A stretch of 64,000 nt of DNA, taken from positions 64,001-128,000 of the forward strand of contig JBFOMH010000013.1 of the NCBI GenBank assembly GCA_040830765.1, in the 5' to 3' direction. This DNA is from Puniceicoccaceae bacterium. Its GTDB lineage: Bacteria > Verrucomicrobiota > Verrucomicrobiia > Opitutales > Oceanipulchritudinaceae. Positions within the stretch are counted from its first letter, which is position 1, and every line of letters begins with the position of its first letter. The translations under genes were made by a program, and so were the position numbers. Shown one piece after another: positions 37,270 through 46,035 of the stretch. The notes under the pieces are model-generated. The model searched no databases and was not told the DNA's origin. It was given only the letters and a program-made list of their open reading frames with translations.

Positions 37270-38424
37270 TCACCAGAGGTTGGTATGGGTAAGGATCAAT
37301 TCCACAGGATCGTTCAGAACCGGCTCCTCCTGCCGGCTGCGGATGAGACCCACGCCCGGGGCCAGCCACATTTCCGTCTCAAGGTCCTCAGAGGGACCCC
37401 CGAACGGATCCGGGGAGTGGACAGAGGCACGGATGACCACGACATCACTGTAGGACCTTCCCTGAAGAATATAGAGGGGGATCTTGTCGATCAATTCGTA
37501 GCGGATTGCCGGATAAAAGGGTGTAGAGAAATTCTGTCTATCCTCCAGAAAATCGTTCGCCCAAACCTCATAGGTGCCTGACACCCAGCCACCGGAGGCC
37601 CATTGCTCATAAACCGTCCCGACTGGGAGCTGATACAGGTCAGCCCGCCATGGAAGGTTGACCAGCAACTCACCGATGACATTGGTATTGGCCGATGCAT
37701 TAACGAGAAAGCTGTTCCCGACGACGCTGAATGCCAGGGACAGGTTTATTGAACTATCATCGAGATAAACACCCAGGTCATCACGCACAAATTGGCTGCT
37801 TTCCGCCCCGGTCAGGACGCCGACAATTGGATAGTAGAAACCATCGACTAAAACTCGTCCAGTGGCATCCGCCTCCATCGTTGAGTTCTGCAGCAGGTCC
37901 CTTCCTGAGAAACGGACAGAATACTTACTGAAGCTCAGGAACAATTCGACATCATCAACCTGGCCACCAACGGGATTACCGCCATTGACACTATAGTCCC
38001 AGGTGAAGACCTGCGATCCTTCCGGTACCGGAAAGTAACTGGCACTCGACGCAACCGCCGCATCGCTGACCCATTCCTCCGGAGCCCGGTCGAAAAACCA
38101 GCGGGGATTAACGGATCCCCTCGCATAATAGATCCATCCACGATTCTGTTCATAGATGTTGGGGTAGCTTTCCTTGCTCGTCCAGAGCCACCCTAGGCCG
38201 GGGCTCCACAACCAGAGACTCGAAGGGTTTTCATCACCACTGTAGAGCCAGCCATGGTCAAAATGGTAAACCCATGGATAAAATTGGTCGTTGAAGTAAT
38301 CGAACCATTCCAGGTAACGGTTGCCACCCCCTAAATCAACGGCGCCTTCAAAGGGGCTCGCCGGCAGAAGGCTACCACCCCAGGAAAGGGCTGATAGCAT
38401 TAACAATATCCTGCACGCTTTCAT
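37270..38424 (-). CDS. Secreted hypothetical protein with N-terminal Trp-rich module
   Basis: Signal peptide from ATG 38424; aromatic ~95-aa module; C-terminal 'WLAPGVGLIR' motif. Confidence 0.75.
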   Translation of the reverse strand: MKACRILLMLSALSWGGSLLPASPFEGAVDLGGGNRYLEWFDYFNDQFYPWVYHFDHGWLYSGDENPSSLWLWSPGLGWLWTSKESYPNIYEQNRGWIYYARGSVNPRWFFDRAPEEWVSDAAVASSASYFPVPEGSQVFTWDYSVNGGNPVGGQVDDVELFLSFSKYSVRFSGRDLLQNSTMEADATGRVLVDGFYYPIVGVLTGAESSQFVRDDLGVYLDDSSINLSLAFSVVGNSFLVNASANTNVIGELLVNLPWRADLYQLPVGTVYEQWASGGWVSGTYEVWANDFLEDRQNFSTPFYPAIRYELIDKIPLYILQGRSYSDVVVIRASVHSPDPFGGPSEDLETEMWLAPGVGLIRSRQEEPVLNDPVELILTHTNLW

Positions 38425-38491
38425 GAAAATCTCCTCCTCACGGAATAATAATATACGCCGCCTCGAATTTCCCGGCAACTCGAAAAAGGTT

Positions 38492-38511
38492 GGAGCTCCG
38501 CCTTCAGGCGG
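38492..38511 (+). repeat. Single REP-like hairpin
   Basis: GGAG-CT-CCGCC-TTCA-GGCGG; same GGAG foot and TTCA loop as the RAYT-flanking REPs; intergenic. Confidence 0.55.
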
Positions 38512-38515
38512 CCCT

Positions 38516-39064
38516 TCATCCCTCCCAATGGAGTCGCCGGACCCGGACCTGGACCTCGAATTTTTTCAGGAACCAGGGAGTAAAGGGCCCGTTCCAATAA
38601 ACCGCATAGGGCTTGCCGAGAACTTCGAGGTCACTCTCTGTCCGAACCCACCGCAGAAGCTGGGCCCGCGCCTTTTCAAAATTCCTTTTCGTGTAGGCCC
38701 CACGGCCCCCGATAGCCGCCACCATCCGCTCCTCAACCTCAATGACCCGGACCTTTTCAGTATCATTGGTGGCCTTGTCGACCTGGTCATCAGCCACCCA
38801 GAAATACATTGTACCGGGCTCGATCTTCGCCTCCACCGGAGTGGTCATGGAAATGTCGTGCTCCTTGATATACTGGAAGAGCGGCCCAAACAAGCTGTTC
38901 GCCTGGTCGAAATAGTTCCCTTCCCCGATGGACTCGAGGAGGCGGCCTTCCGGCAAGACCTTGACCTCGAATTCACCCGGTTCGGTACGCGGGAATGCCT
39001 GCTGATATGCATGAGCGTTCGACATGAGAAAGAGAATAATGGTGCTGAGAATAACCCGGCTCAT
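38516..39064 (-). CDS. SOUL heme-binding family protein
   Basis: LFQYI...ISMTTPV, MYF, YWNGPFTPWF motifs. Confidence 0.8.
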   Translation of the reverse strand: MSRVILSTIILFLMSNAHAYQQAFPRTEPGEFEVKVLPEGRLLESIGEGNYFDQANSLFGPLFQYIKEHDISMTTPVEAKIEPGTMYFWVADDQVDKATNDTEKVRVIEVEERMVAAIGGRGAYTKRNFEKARAQLLRWVRTESDLEVLGKPYAVYWNGPFTPWFLKKFEVQVRVRRLHWEG

Positions 39065-39162
39065 GCGGCAAGCTAACCGTTCATTGAAAAATTGCAATCG
39101 GAAGTGCAGCCTTGTGAAATTTGCCTTGGGTCGCTTGGGAATTGCCGCTAAACCCCTAGGGC

Positions 39163-40542
39163 ATGAAAACGGGAAACAGTTACGAAGCCCTGGGTAATCA
39201 ATTGACCGGCCGCCTTATTGAGGCGGGTGATCCATCTTTTGAGGATATCCGATCCATCTGGAACAGCCGGCTGGCGAAAATACCGGCGGCGATTGTCCAG
39301 TGTGCCAATGCGGCCGATGTGGCGGTGACTGTCCAGTTTGCCAACGCCCACGGACTGCGACTGGCTGTTCGCGGGGGCGGGCACAGCTATGCCGGACTGG
39401 GAACCGCCGATGACTGCCTCCTGCTCGATTTCTCCGGCATGAAGGGAATTGAGATCGATCCCTCCACCCGCACCGCAACCGTGCAACCGGGCGTCCTCTG
39501 GGGTGAATTCTATGAAGCCACCCTCCCCCATGGCCTTTTGCCAGTCGGCGGAACGGTTTCCTCGGTCGGCGTGGCCGGTTTCACCCTCGGCGGCGGCAGT
39601 GGCTGGCTGACCCGTAAGCACGGTTTGGCACTCGACAACCTGCTCTCGGTCGAAGCGGTAACCGCCAATGGCGAAATCCTGACCGCCAGCGAAACGGAGA
39701 ATCCTGACCTCTTCTGGGGCATCCGTGGGAGTGCCGGCAATCTCGCCATTGTCACCCGATTTGAATTCCAGCTCCATCGGGTTCCGGCAGAGATATTTGC
39801 GGGGCAGGTTATCTACCCGATGGAGTTGGCCGGGAAGGCCATGCAAGTCTACCGGGAGGTCATGCTATCGGCCCCGGAGGCGTTTACCTGTTATCCAGCG
39901 ACTTTCCGTATACCACCGATTGAGGCCTTTCCGGCAGAGTTGCATGGGCAGGTGGTTTTTGATTTCATTCTCGCCCACATTGGGGATGTTTCTGAGGGAG
40001 AGACGATCGCCGGGCCCCTGCGTGAGATGGGCACGCCCATTATGGACCTCTGCGCACCTCAGCCCCTGGCCAACCACCTCAAGGTCTTTGATGCCGGGAC
40101 GCCGCCCGGGCAGCGCTGGTATTCACGTTCCCACTACTTAAGTGAGTTGAGCGACGATGCCGTTGCGGTCTTTCTCAAGCACTCCGCCAAAATGCAGGGT
40201 GCCTTCACCTTCGCCTACTTTGAGTGGCTCGGCGGAGCGGTCGGTCGAGTCGATCCCGGCGCTACCGCCTTTCCCCATCGCAAGGCCCCTTGTGATTACC
40301 ACATCCTTGCCGGCTGGCCAGGGGAAGAGGAAGACACCGCTGTCATGCAGTGGGTCCGGGACTTCCATCAGGACATGGCGCAATTCTCCAACGGCGGGGT
40401 CTACGTCAACCTACTCGGCGAGGATGAAGGGGCACGGGTCCGGGAAGCATATGGGAGCAATTACGACCGCCTCGTTGAATTGAAACAACGATGGGATCCA
40501 GAGAATCGCCTCCAGAATAACCAGAATATCCGACCACATTAG
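39163..40542 (+). CDS. FAD-binding oxidoreductase (VAO/BBE family)
   Basis: VRGGGHS (covalent FAD His), [18 protein letters not shown]...[15 protein letters not shown] (BBE domain). Confidence 0.93.
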   Translation: MKTGNSYEALGNQLTGRLIEAGDPSFEDIRSIWNSRLAKIPAAIVQCANAADVAVTVQFANAHGLRLAVRGGGHSYAGLGTADDCLLLDFSGMKGIEIDPSTRTATVQPGVLWGEFYEATLPHGLLPVGGTVSSVGVAGFTLGGGSGWLTRKHGLALDNLLSVEAVTANGEILTASETENPDLFWGIRGSAGNLAIVTRFEFQLHRVPAEIFAGQVIYPMELAGKAMQVYREVMLSAPEAFTCYPATFRIPPIEAFPAELHGQVVFDFILAHIGDVSEGETIAGPLREMGTPIMDLCAPQPLANHLKVFDAGTPPGQRWYSRSHYLSELSDDAVAVFLKHSAKMQGAFTFAYFEWLGGAVGRVDPGATAFPHRKAPCDYHILAGWPGEEEDTAVMQWVRDFHQDMAQFSNGGVYVNLLGEDEGARVREAYGSNYDRLVELKQRWDPENRLQNNQNIRPH

Positions 40543-40742
40543 GATTCCTCCTGTTCGTCGTTGAAAACATCCTCGATGTGCCGGTCAAAGACCCGGCCAA
40601 TGGCAAAGGCCAGTTTCAGGCTGGGATCGTACTTCCCGTTCTCGAGGGCGATGATGGTCTGGCGGGAGACCCCCAGTTTATCACCCAACGCCACCTGGGA
40701 CCAGCCAGCCTCCGTGCGTAGTTCCTTGAGGGTGTTTTTCAC
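40539..40742 (-). CDS. XRE-family HTH transcriptional regulator
   Basis: [36 protein letters not shown] start 40742 overlaps the upstream TGA. Confidence 0.92.
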   Translation of the reverse strand: MKNTLKELRTEAGWSQVALGDKLGVSRQTIIALENGKYDPSLKLAFAIGRVFDRHIEDVFNDEQEES

Positions 40743-41125
40743 TCGTAGCGCCTCCGGGCAATGGCTTGTCCGATCGTCCACAGAACCATCAGCATCGGGA
40801 ATATCCAGATGGTATCCAGCTTCGGGTAGCCAATTTTCTCGAGAAAACCGTAGGCCACCGTCAACAGGGCCGTCAGGACAGCTGCAAACACCACCGCGTC
40901 CAGCTGAATTTTCCGCTGCAGTTCATCGAGATTGTGCATGCAGCTCATGATGATCTGCATCAACCAGATAATGGGCAGCATTGGCACCAGGGCGATGACC
41001 GTCTGCAGGGCAAAGTTCTCGATGCCGGATGTTTTCAAAACGTAGATAGAGCCGGCTACAGTCGAACAGTAAACCACCGCCCACAGTAGCAGCTTGTTTC
41101 GGTATTTGGGATCACAGGTTGTCAT
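40739..41125 (-). CDS. Small 4-TM membrane protein partnered with the XRE regulator
   Basis: 4 hydrophobic segments, '[10 protein letters not shown]' motif, ends ARRRYE. Confidence 0.8.
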   Translation of the reverse strand: MTTCDPKYRNKLLLWAVVYCSTVAGSIYVLKTSGIENFALQTVIALVPMLPIIWLMQIIMSCMHNLDELQRKIQLDAVVFAAVLTALLTVAYGFLEKIGYPKLDTIWIFPMLMVLWTIGQAIARRRYE

Positions 41126-41164
41126 TTCTTTAGTCCTTTCCGTTCAGGATAGCGTGTTTTTCAA

Positions 41165-41218
41165 TGTAAAGTATCCTTAACATGTAAAGCGTGCTTAACA
41201 TGTCAAGCACGCTTTACA
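41165..41218. promoter_or_regulatory. Three tandem 18-bp palindromic operators
   Basis: TGTAAAGTATCCTTAACA / TGTAAAGCGTGCTTAACA / TGTCAAGCACGCTTTACA upstream of the membrane protein-XRE operon. Confidence 0.8.
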
Positions 41219-41272
41219 TAAAAATGGAGAAACCTGCCCGGCTAACCGAATTCAACAGGCAGCAGGCGGATC

Positions 41273-41947
41273 CTATCTCCCTGGCATCATGCCGCCCATG
41301 CCGGCTGGCATATTAAACTTCATGAAGCCCTCAGGGGGCTGAAACAGGGCTTCCGGCAGTTCCTTGGGTTCAATCCGCTGGACGGTCATGCGGAAGGACT
41401 CCTTCCCTTTTTCGTAGCCGATTGTCTCGAGCGGGAAAAAGGCCTTGAGCCCTGTCACCATGCGCATGGCCGCTCCCCATCCCTCAAGGATGGGGTTCTC
41501 GGAGTAAGGCATCGTCCCAAGGCCCTCGGTGGCCCAGATGACCATCTTCTCCGCGCCGTCCTCCATCAGGAACTCGTGAGCTTTGAAGCCGAGGATAGTC
41601 CGCGTCTCGCCGGTCCGCTTGAAGGGAAAGTCCTCCTCCAGTTCCTCCTCGTCCGGCGCCGGGACACTGATTCCCTCCGGAATCTCCATTTCCATGTACA
41701 TCCGCTGTGAGGGCACGATCATGATCATCGTCGAAGTCCCGTTGCGGAAAATCATCTCGCCGGACTCCTGTCCCTTACCGGAGATCTTCATCCGCATATT
41801 GCCAGTCTTGACCCAGAAGGTGCAATTGACGACCTCCCCGTCTCCCTGCAGTTGCATGTCGTACTCACCCTCGAAGGCCTTGCCCGACAAGAGCGGAGCA
41901 GCCATCAGGAACAAAAGTATTACTCCCGTTAAGATTGTCTTGTGCAT
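41273..41947 (-). CDS. DUF4412-like secreted protein
   Basis: Signal peptide, FEG start, KRTGETRTILG, LPEALFQPPEGF motifs. Confidence 0.75.
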   Translation of the reverse strand: MHKTILTGVILLFLMAAPLLSGKAFEGEYDMQLQGDGEVVNCTFWVKTGNMRMKISGKGQESGEMIFRNGTSTMIMIVPSQRMYMEMEIPEGISVPAPDEEELEEDFPFKRTGETRTILGFKAHEFLMEDGAEKMVIWATEGLGTMPYSENPILEGWGAAMRMVTGLKAFFPLETIGYEKGKESFRMTVQRIEPKELPEALFQPPEGFMKFNMPAGMGGMMPGR

Positions 41948-42020
41948 GGGCGGAACTGTACCGATTCCCCGGCCCCCGGCAATGCCTATTGTTAACCACA
42001 AAGAGAGAAAACATATCCCT

Positions 42021-42449
42021 TCATCTAACAGTCTGCAGCAGATCCCGGGCCTCGCGCAGGTGCTTGGGGACGATTTCCTTGCCGACCGGCATCAGGGCGG
42101 CCCCGGCCAGCTTGAAGTGCGCCACGCCAAACGGGATCCCAATGATGGTGATGAAGAAAAAGATACCGGCCAGGATATGGGTAATGGCAATCCAGATACC
42201 AGCAAAGATCAGCCAGACGACATTGAGGATGCCGGACAGCGCCGCACCGGTCATTCCCTTGGGTGAGCTGATCATTTGCTGACCGAAAGGAAAGGCGGAA
42301 AAAAGGGCGATCCGCCAAATGCCCGGGACAAAGGGAATGCCAATGATGGTTATGGCCAGGACAATCCCGCCGATGAACCATTCAATCGCCAGTAGCCATC
42401 CTCCCAAAAGAAACCAGATCACATTCAATAAAAGTGCCAATCCACGCAT
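42021..42449 (-). CDS. YccF-domain inner-membrane protein
   Basis: Duplicated NVIWF/NVVWL...ITIIGIPF units. Confidence 0.88.
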   Translation of the reverse strand: MRGLALLLNVIWFLLGGWLLAIEWFIGGIVLAITIIGIPFVPGIWRIALFSAFPFGQQMISSPKGMTGAALSGILNVVWLIFAGIWIAITHILAGIFFFITIIGIPFGVAHFKLAGAALMPVGKEIVPKHLREARDLLQTVR

Positions 42450-42545
42450 GCCGGCAGCATAGCAGGCAGAACGGGAGAAGGAATCATAAAATCCGGCAAT
42501 TGCCACTCAACCCCTTAGACCCAGAGGCGCTATCCGTAATAGAGA

Positions 42546-42579
42546 GCGCCCCGCCGCGGAAGAATCCGCAACGGGGCGC
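42546..42579. terminator. GC-rich hairpin after the 1105-aa gene
   Basis: GCGCCCCG...CGGGGCGC with inner GCGGA-AGAA-TCCGC; no clear U tract. Confidence 0.45.
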
Positions 42580-42604
42580 ACATGGAACAGTTAGCGGAGA
42601 CCGA

Positions 42605-45600
42605 TCAGACCCCGGATTCGTGGAGGTATTCTCCGGAGCTCAAGGAAAAGTACCAGCGGTTCGGCGTGGTCGTCGTCTCGAAGTAGTAGTACCACGTTCC
42701 TTGCCCACCCTCAAACCGGTAGACATAGGGCCAATAAGCCGGTGCGCTCCAGAACCACTCGCCAAGGGCATAGTCGAAGTAGAAGAAGGAATCCGGACTC
42801 GCCCCTTCCGGGATGTAGATGTTGTGCATGTTGAGGTGGAAGACGACCGGGAACTTGTCCTGGTTCATCCAGCCCAGCCACTTCGACTCGATCCAGCCGT
42901 CCTCGAAGACCGAGGCATCCGGCCAGAGTGACCCGCCGTAGGCATTGAGAAGGGCCCAGCCGGTATTGTTGTCCTCGTGGATTTCCGCGACGAGATTCTC
43001 CTCATCGATCACGGCATAGATACGTGCGTTTGGATTAATGATCCAAGGCACCGTCCAGTCCGTAAGAATCATGACAAAGGATTCCCGCGGAGCCATGCCG
43101 GGGATAGTCAGGACCGATTGCCCTTCCCCACCGACCATCGGGATAGGCGGGCGTCCGTCCTTGTTGTCGAGATAGAACCGGAGGCTGGCTGGTGACGATC
43201 CGCCCGGGTCGAGGGAGTAGTTATGGATACGGGCCATGACGTCGACCTTGTCACCGGCACGCGGCTTGGAAGGATTGACGAGGATGTTCCGCGTCCGCTG
43301 CACCTGATCCTGAGGGATGTTTGAACCCCGCTCGATGTCGTAGCGCCAGGGAAGCGTGAAGGCGAGGTCCGGCTGATGGGCATATTTCTGCTGCCACCAG
43401 CCCTCGTAGCCATCGCCGAGAACCGGGTCCACGGCATAGTCGAGGACAAGGGCCCCATTGGTTCCCCAGTAAAGGTATGGCGTGACCTCGTAAGTGGTGT
43501 CCCCAAGAATCCCGACATCGACGTTGCCGAAGTTGACCAGGACCGTGTGGTCCACGGAGACGGTTGTCTTGTGCGTACTGACCGTGGACCGGGAATAGTC
43601 CCCCTGGATGTAGCCACCCACGGTGACCCCCAGCGAGCCGGTGACAAACTTGGCAATCGGCAGTTCCACGGAAGCCTCCCGCTCGACCTCAACGCGCGCA
43701 CTGATGCTCATGTTGGTCGTCCGGGTCAGCTGGTTCTGCTGGTATTGTGACAGTTCCAGTGTCCAGGAAGAGGTTCCCTGGCCCTGCATTTCCCAGCTGA
43801 ATCCGGTGAAGGACGTCACCGGACTGGCGACCAGCGGGTTGTCGATCATCTCCACCGACGGGCGATAGGAGAGGATGTTGCCCGGTTCATGCGGCGTGAC
43901 ATACTCGGCCGCCCGCGGGCTCTTGGAGTTGAAGGTCACCAGCTTGGGGCGCTTCGGAACCACCGAGGCGATCGTCCCGAGAAACTCCCCGGCCCGGTAG
44001 ACCGGATATTCGAGGATATCGTAATCGGCCACCGAGGCGTAGATGAGATCATCCCCCCGGGCAACAAACTCCCGCGTTTCCCGGATCGTCGTGCCCGAGT
44101 TGCGGACCCTCGAGAAGCCTTGCCCGTATTTGCCGTCGAGGCTGGCCTTGACCCGTTGCTTGGCCTTGCCGATGGGAGTGCTGATACCGCCCTCCACTTC
44201 AACCGAGACGCCCGCCGAAATGGCCCAGTCCGCCCGGACCTCCGTCGAGACCTCCTGGATCAGTTCGTTCTGCAGGGTGTAGGAAGCATAGGTACCGCAG
44301 TCGCCGGAAAGGCAGCCGTTCACGTCGAAGACTTCTCCATTGAGAATATCGAAGTGCGTCGGGGGGGCATTGAGAATCATAACCGGATGGCCCAGCTCCG
44401 TCCGGCGGTAAATGGTGGGACGACCGAGACGGAGTGAATCAGCATCAATGTCCCCGGTAACCATGGCCACACAGGGGGGATCGTTGCTGCCGATTGAATA
44501 CATTTGAAAGTCACCGACGCTGACGATGTAGCTGCCGCCGGAGAGCTGTGCCGTGACGGAAACAACTTCCCCCTCCAGGTCAGCCTCGGTATCGGAGTTC
44601 AGGTCCGTGACAGAAACCCCGGAAGCAACCTGGATGTACTCGTTGTCACCATTCGTCGACGTAAAGCCAATCGAGCTCGGCTTGCCATCGATGTAAGAGC
44701 CATTGAGGTAGCGGGTCAGGGCACGGGCACCGCGTTTGCCCATCCAGCCCAGATCGTCGATGTTGTCGTAATTGTAGTCACCGGTATCGAGGGTCAGCGG
44801 ATACAGGTTGTTACCCAAGGTTGTTTCCATGATGAAAGGGAGGGATTGCGTGGCAACCAGGCCGTTCATCTCCGGATTCATGATGTAGTAACCGAGTTCA
44901 AAATAATTGGTCGCGCCCCCGGACCTGGATCCGATGGAACAGCCCATGGCAATCTCCTCGAGGCCGTCATTATTGAAGTCTCCTGCAGCCACTCCGAGAG
45001 CAAAGACCTGGTCGAAGGTCCGGCTGGTGGCATCCCAGTCCGGCTCCTCGATCTCGAAGCGGTAGGTGATAGATGTCTCGGCCTCCGGGTCAAAGTCATA
45101 GACCCGCGCAAAAACTTTCCGGTAGACTCCCGATGCCTTGGTCAAGTCCTGCCAGACATAGGCAAGGATGATTTCATCCCCATAATCTGTATCGAGGCTG
45201 CCGGCAGCGATGTCAAAACGGGCACTGTCACTCGCTGCCGAAACATCCAGGTCCGTATCGCTGACCATGCTGACGTCAGCAATGGAGCCAAGGACAACCA
45301 GGTCGCCTGACTTGCTGATTTCCGCAGCGATCAGTTGCACTTCACCCTCCCCGGCCCAGTAGCCAAGGATGAACTCAGAGGCCAGGTCCTTGTCCAGCTG
45401 GGCTGGAATTACCCGCATCAGGGAAACCGTCCGGGTGGACTTTTCCTCATAGAGCAGAGGAAATCCCAAGTCGCTCAGCATGTAGCGTTCTCCTGCGGTA
45501 AACTGACCTGTATTGGGATTGTAGCGGGGGCGCTGCAGGATCGGCTCCCGGTCCTCACCCTCAAAAAACACCAGCATGTCGTCGTGCATGTCCTTGTCCA

Positions 45601-45922
45601 GGTCCAGCATCGCCAGATCAACCACCGGGCTCTCGCGCTCAACGACCGAGCCAACGGGAATTTTCGCCCCGGGAAGGGATAAGCTGCCCAGCAGGGGATA
45701 ATCGTCCCCGTTGGGATCGTCATCAAGCAGCCGGAGCTCGATCATGCCGGAGGTCGCGTCGGCGACAGCGACGAGGATCTCGTTGGATGGGGCCAGGCGG
45801 TAGTTATCCGCAAACGGGTCCTCATCATTGAACTGTGCCAGGCACGCCGTTGTTCCTACCAGCAAGGGCGCGAACAGGCGTGACAAGCGTCGGGTCAGTG
45901 GGTTATTGCTTATATGTTCCAT
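42605..45922 (-). CDS. Large secreted protein: FG-GAP-like repeats, Ser/Thr-rich beta-hairpin region, CARDB-like Ig domain, Trp-rich C-terminal module
   Basis: DLDKDMHDD, GDFNNDGLEE, GDYNYDNIDD Ca-binding loops; 'IDEENLVAEIHEDNN' CARDB-like motif; aromatic C-terminus. Confidence 0.8.
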   Translation of the reverse strand: MEHISNNPLTRRLSRLFAPLLVGTTACLAQFNDEDPFADNYRLAPSNEILVAVADATSGMIELRLLDDDPNGDDYPLLGSLSLPGAKIPVGSVVERESPVVDLAMLDLDKDMHDDMLVFFEGEDREPILQRPRYNPNTGQFTAGERYMLSDLGFPLLYEEKSTRTVSLMRVIPAQLDKDLASEFILGYWAGEGEVQLIAAEISKSGDLVVLGSIADVSMVSDTDLDVSAASDSARFDIAAGSLDTDYGDEIILAYVWQDLTKASGVYRKVFARVYDFDPEAETSITYRFEIEEPDWDATSRTFDQVFALGVAAGDFNNDGLEEIAMGCSIGSRSGGATNYFELGYYIMNPEMNGLVATQSLPFIMETTLGNNLYPLTLDTGDYNYDNIDDLGWMGKRGARALTRYLNGSYIDGKPSSIGFTSTNGDNEYIQVASGVSVTDLNSDTEADLEGEVVSVTAQLSGGSYIVSVGDFQMYSIGSNDPPCVAMVTGDIDADSLRLGRPTIYRRTELGHPVMILNAPPTHFDILNGEVFDVNGCLSGDCGTYASYTLQNELIQEVSTEVRADWAISAGVSVEVEGGISTPIGKAKQRVKASLDGKYGQGFSRVRNSGTTIRETREFVARGDDLIYASVADYDILEYPVYRAGEFLGTIASVVPKRPKLVTFNSKSPRAAEYVTPHEPGNILSYRPSVEMIDNPLVASPVTSFTGFSWEMQGQGTSSWTLELSQYQQNQLTRTTNMSISARVEVEREASVELPIAKFVTGSLGVTVGGYIQGDYSRSTVSTHKTTVSVDHTVLVNFGNVDVGILGDTTYEVTPYLYWGTNGALVLDYAVDPVLGDGYEGWWQQKYAHQPDLAFTLPWRYDIERGSNIPQDQVQRTRNILVNPSKPRAGDKVDVMARIHNYSLDPGGSSPASLRFYLDNKDGRPPIPMVGGEGQSVLTIPGMAPRESFVMILTDWTVPWIINPNARIYAVIDEENLVAEIHEDNNTGWALLNAYGGSLWPDASVFEDGWIESKWLGWMNQDKFPVVFHLNMHNIYIPEGASPDSFFYFDYALGEWFWSAPAYWPYVYRFEGGQGTWYYYFETTTTPNRWYFSLSSGEYLHESGV

Positions 45923-45957
45923 GAGACCAGCTTATCAACATCCGCATATTTCGGGAA

Positions 45958-45996
45958 TACCCCCTTGGGAGTATTCGACCTACTCCCTTTGGAGCA
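45958..45996. promoter_or_regulatory. Two NarL/LuxR-type 7-2-7 inverted-repeat boxes
   Basis: TACCCCC-TT-GGGAGTA (45958-45973) and TACTCCC-TT-TGGAGCA (45981-45996) in a divergent intergenic region. Confidence 0.6.
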
Positions 45997-46035
45997 TGGC
46001 CGTGAACTAAGGTCCCTGTTATTCTGAGGAACACC

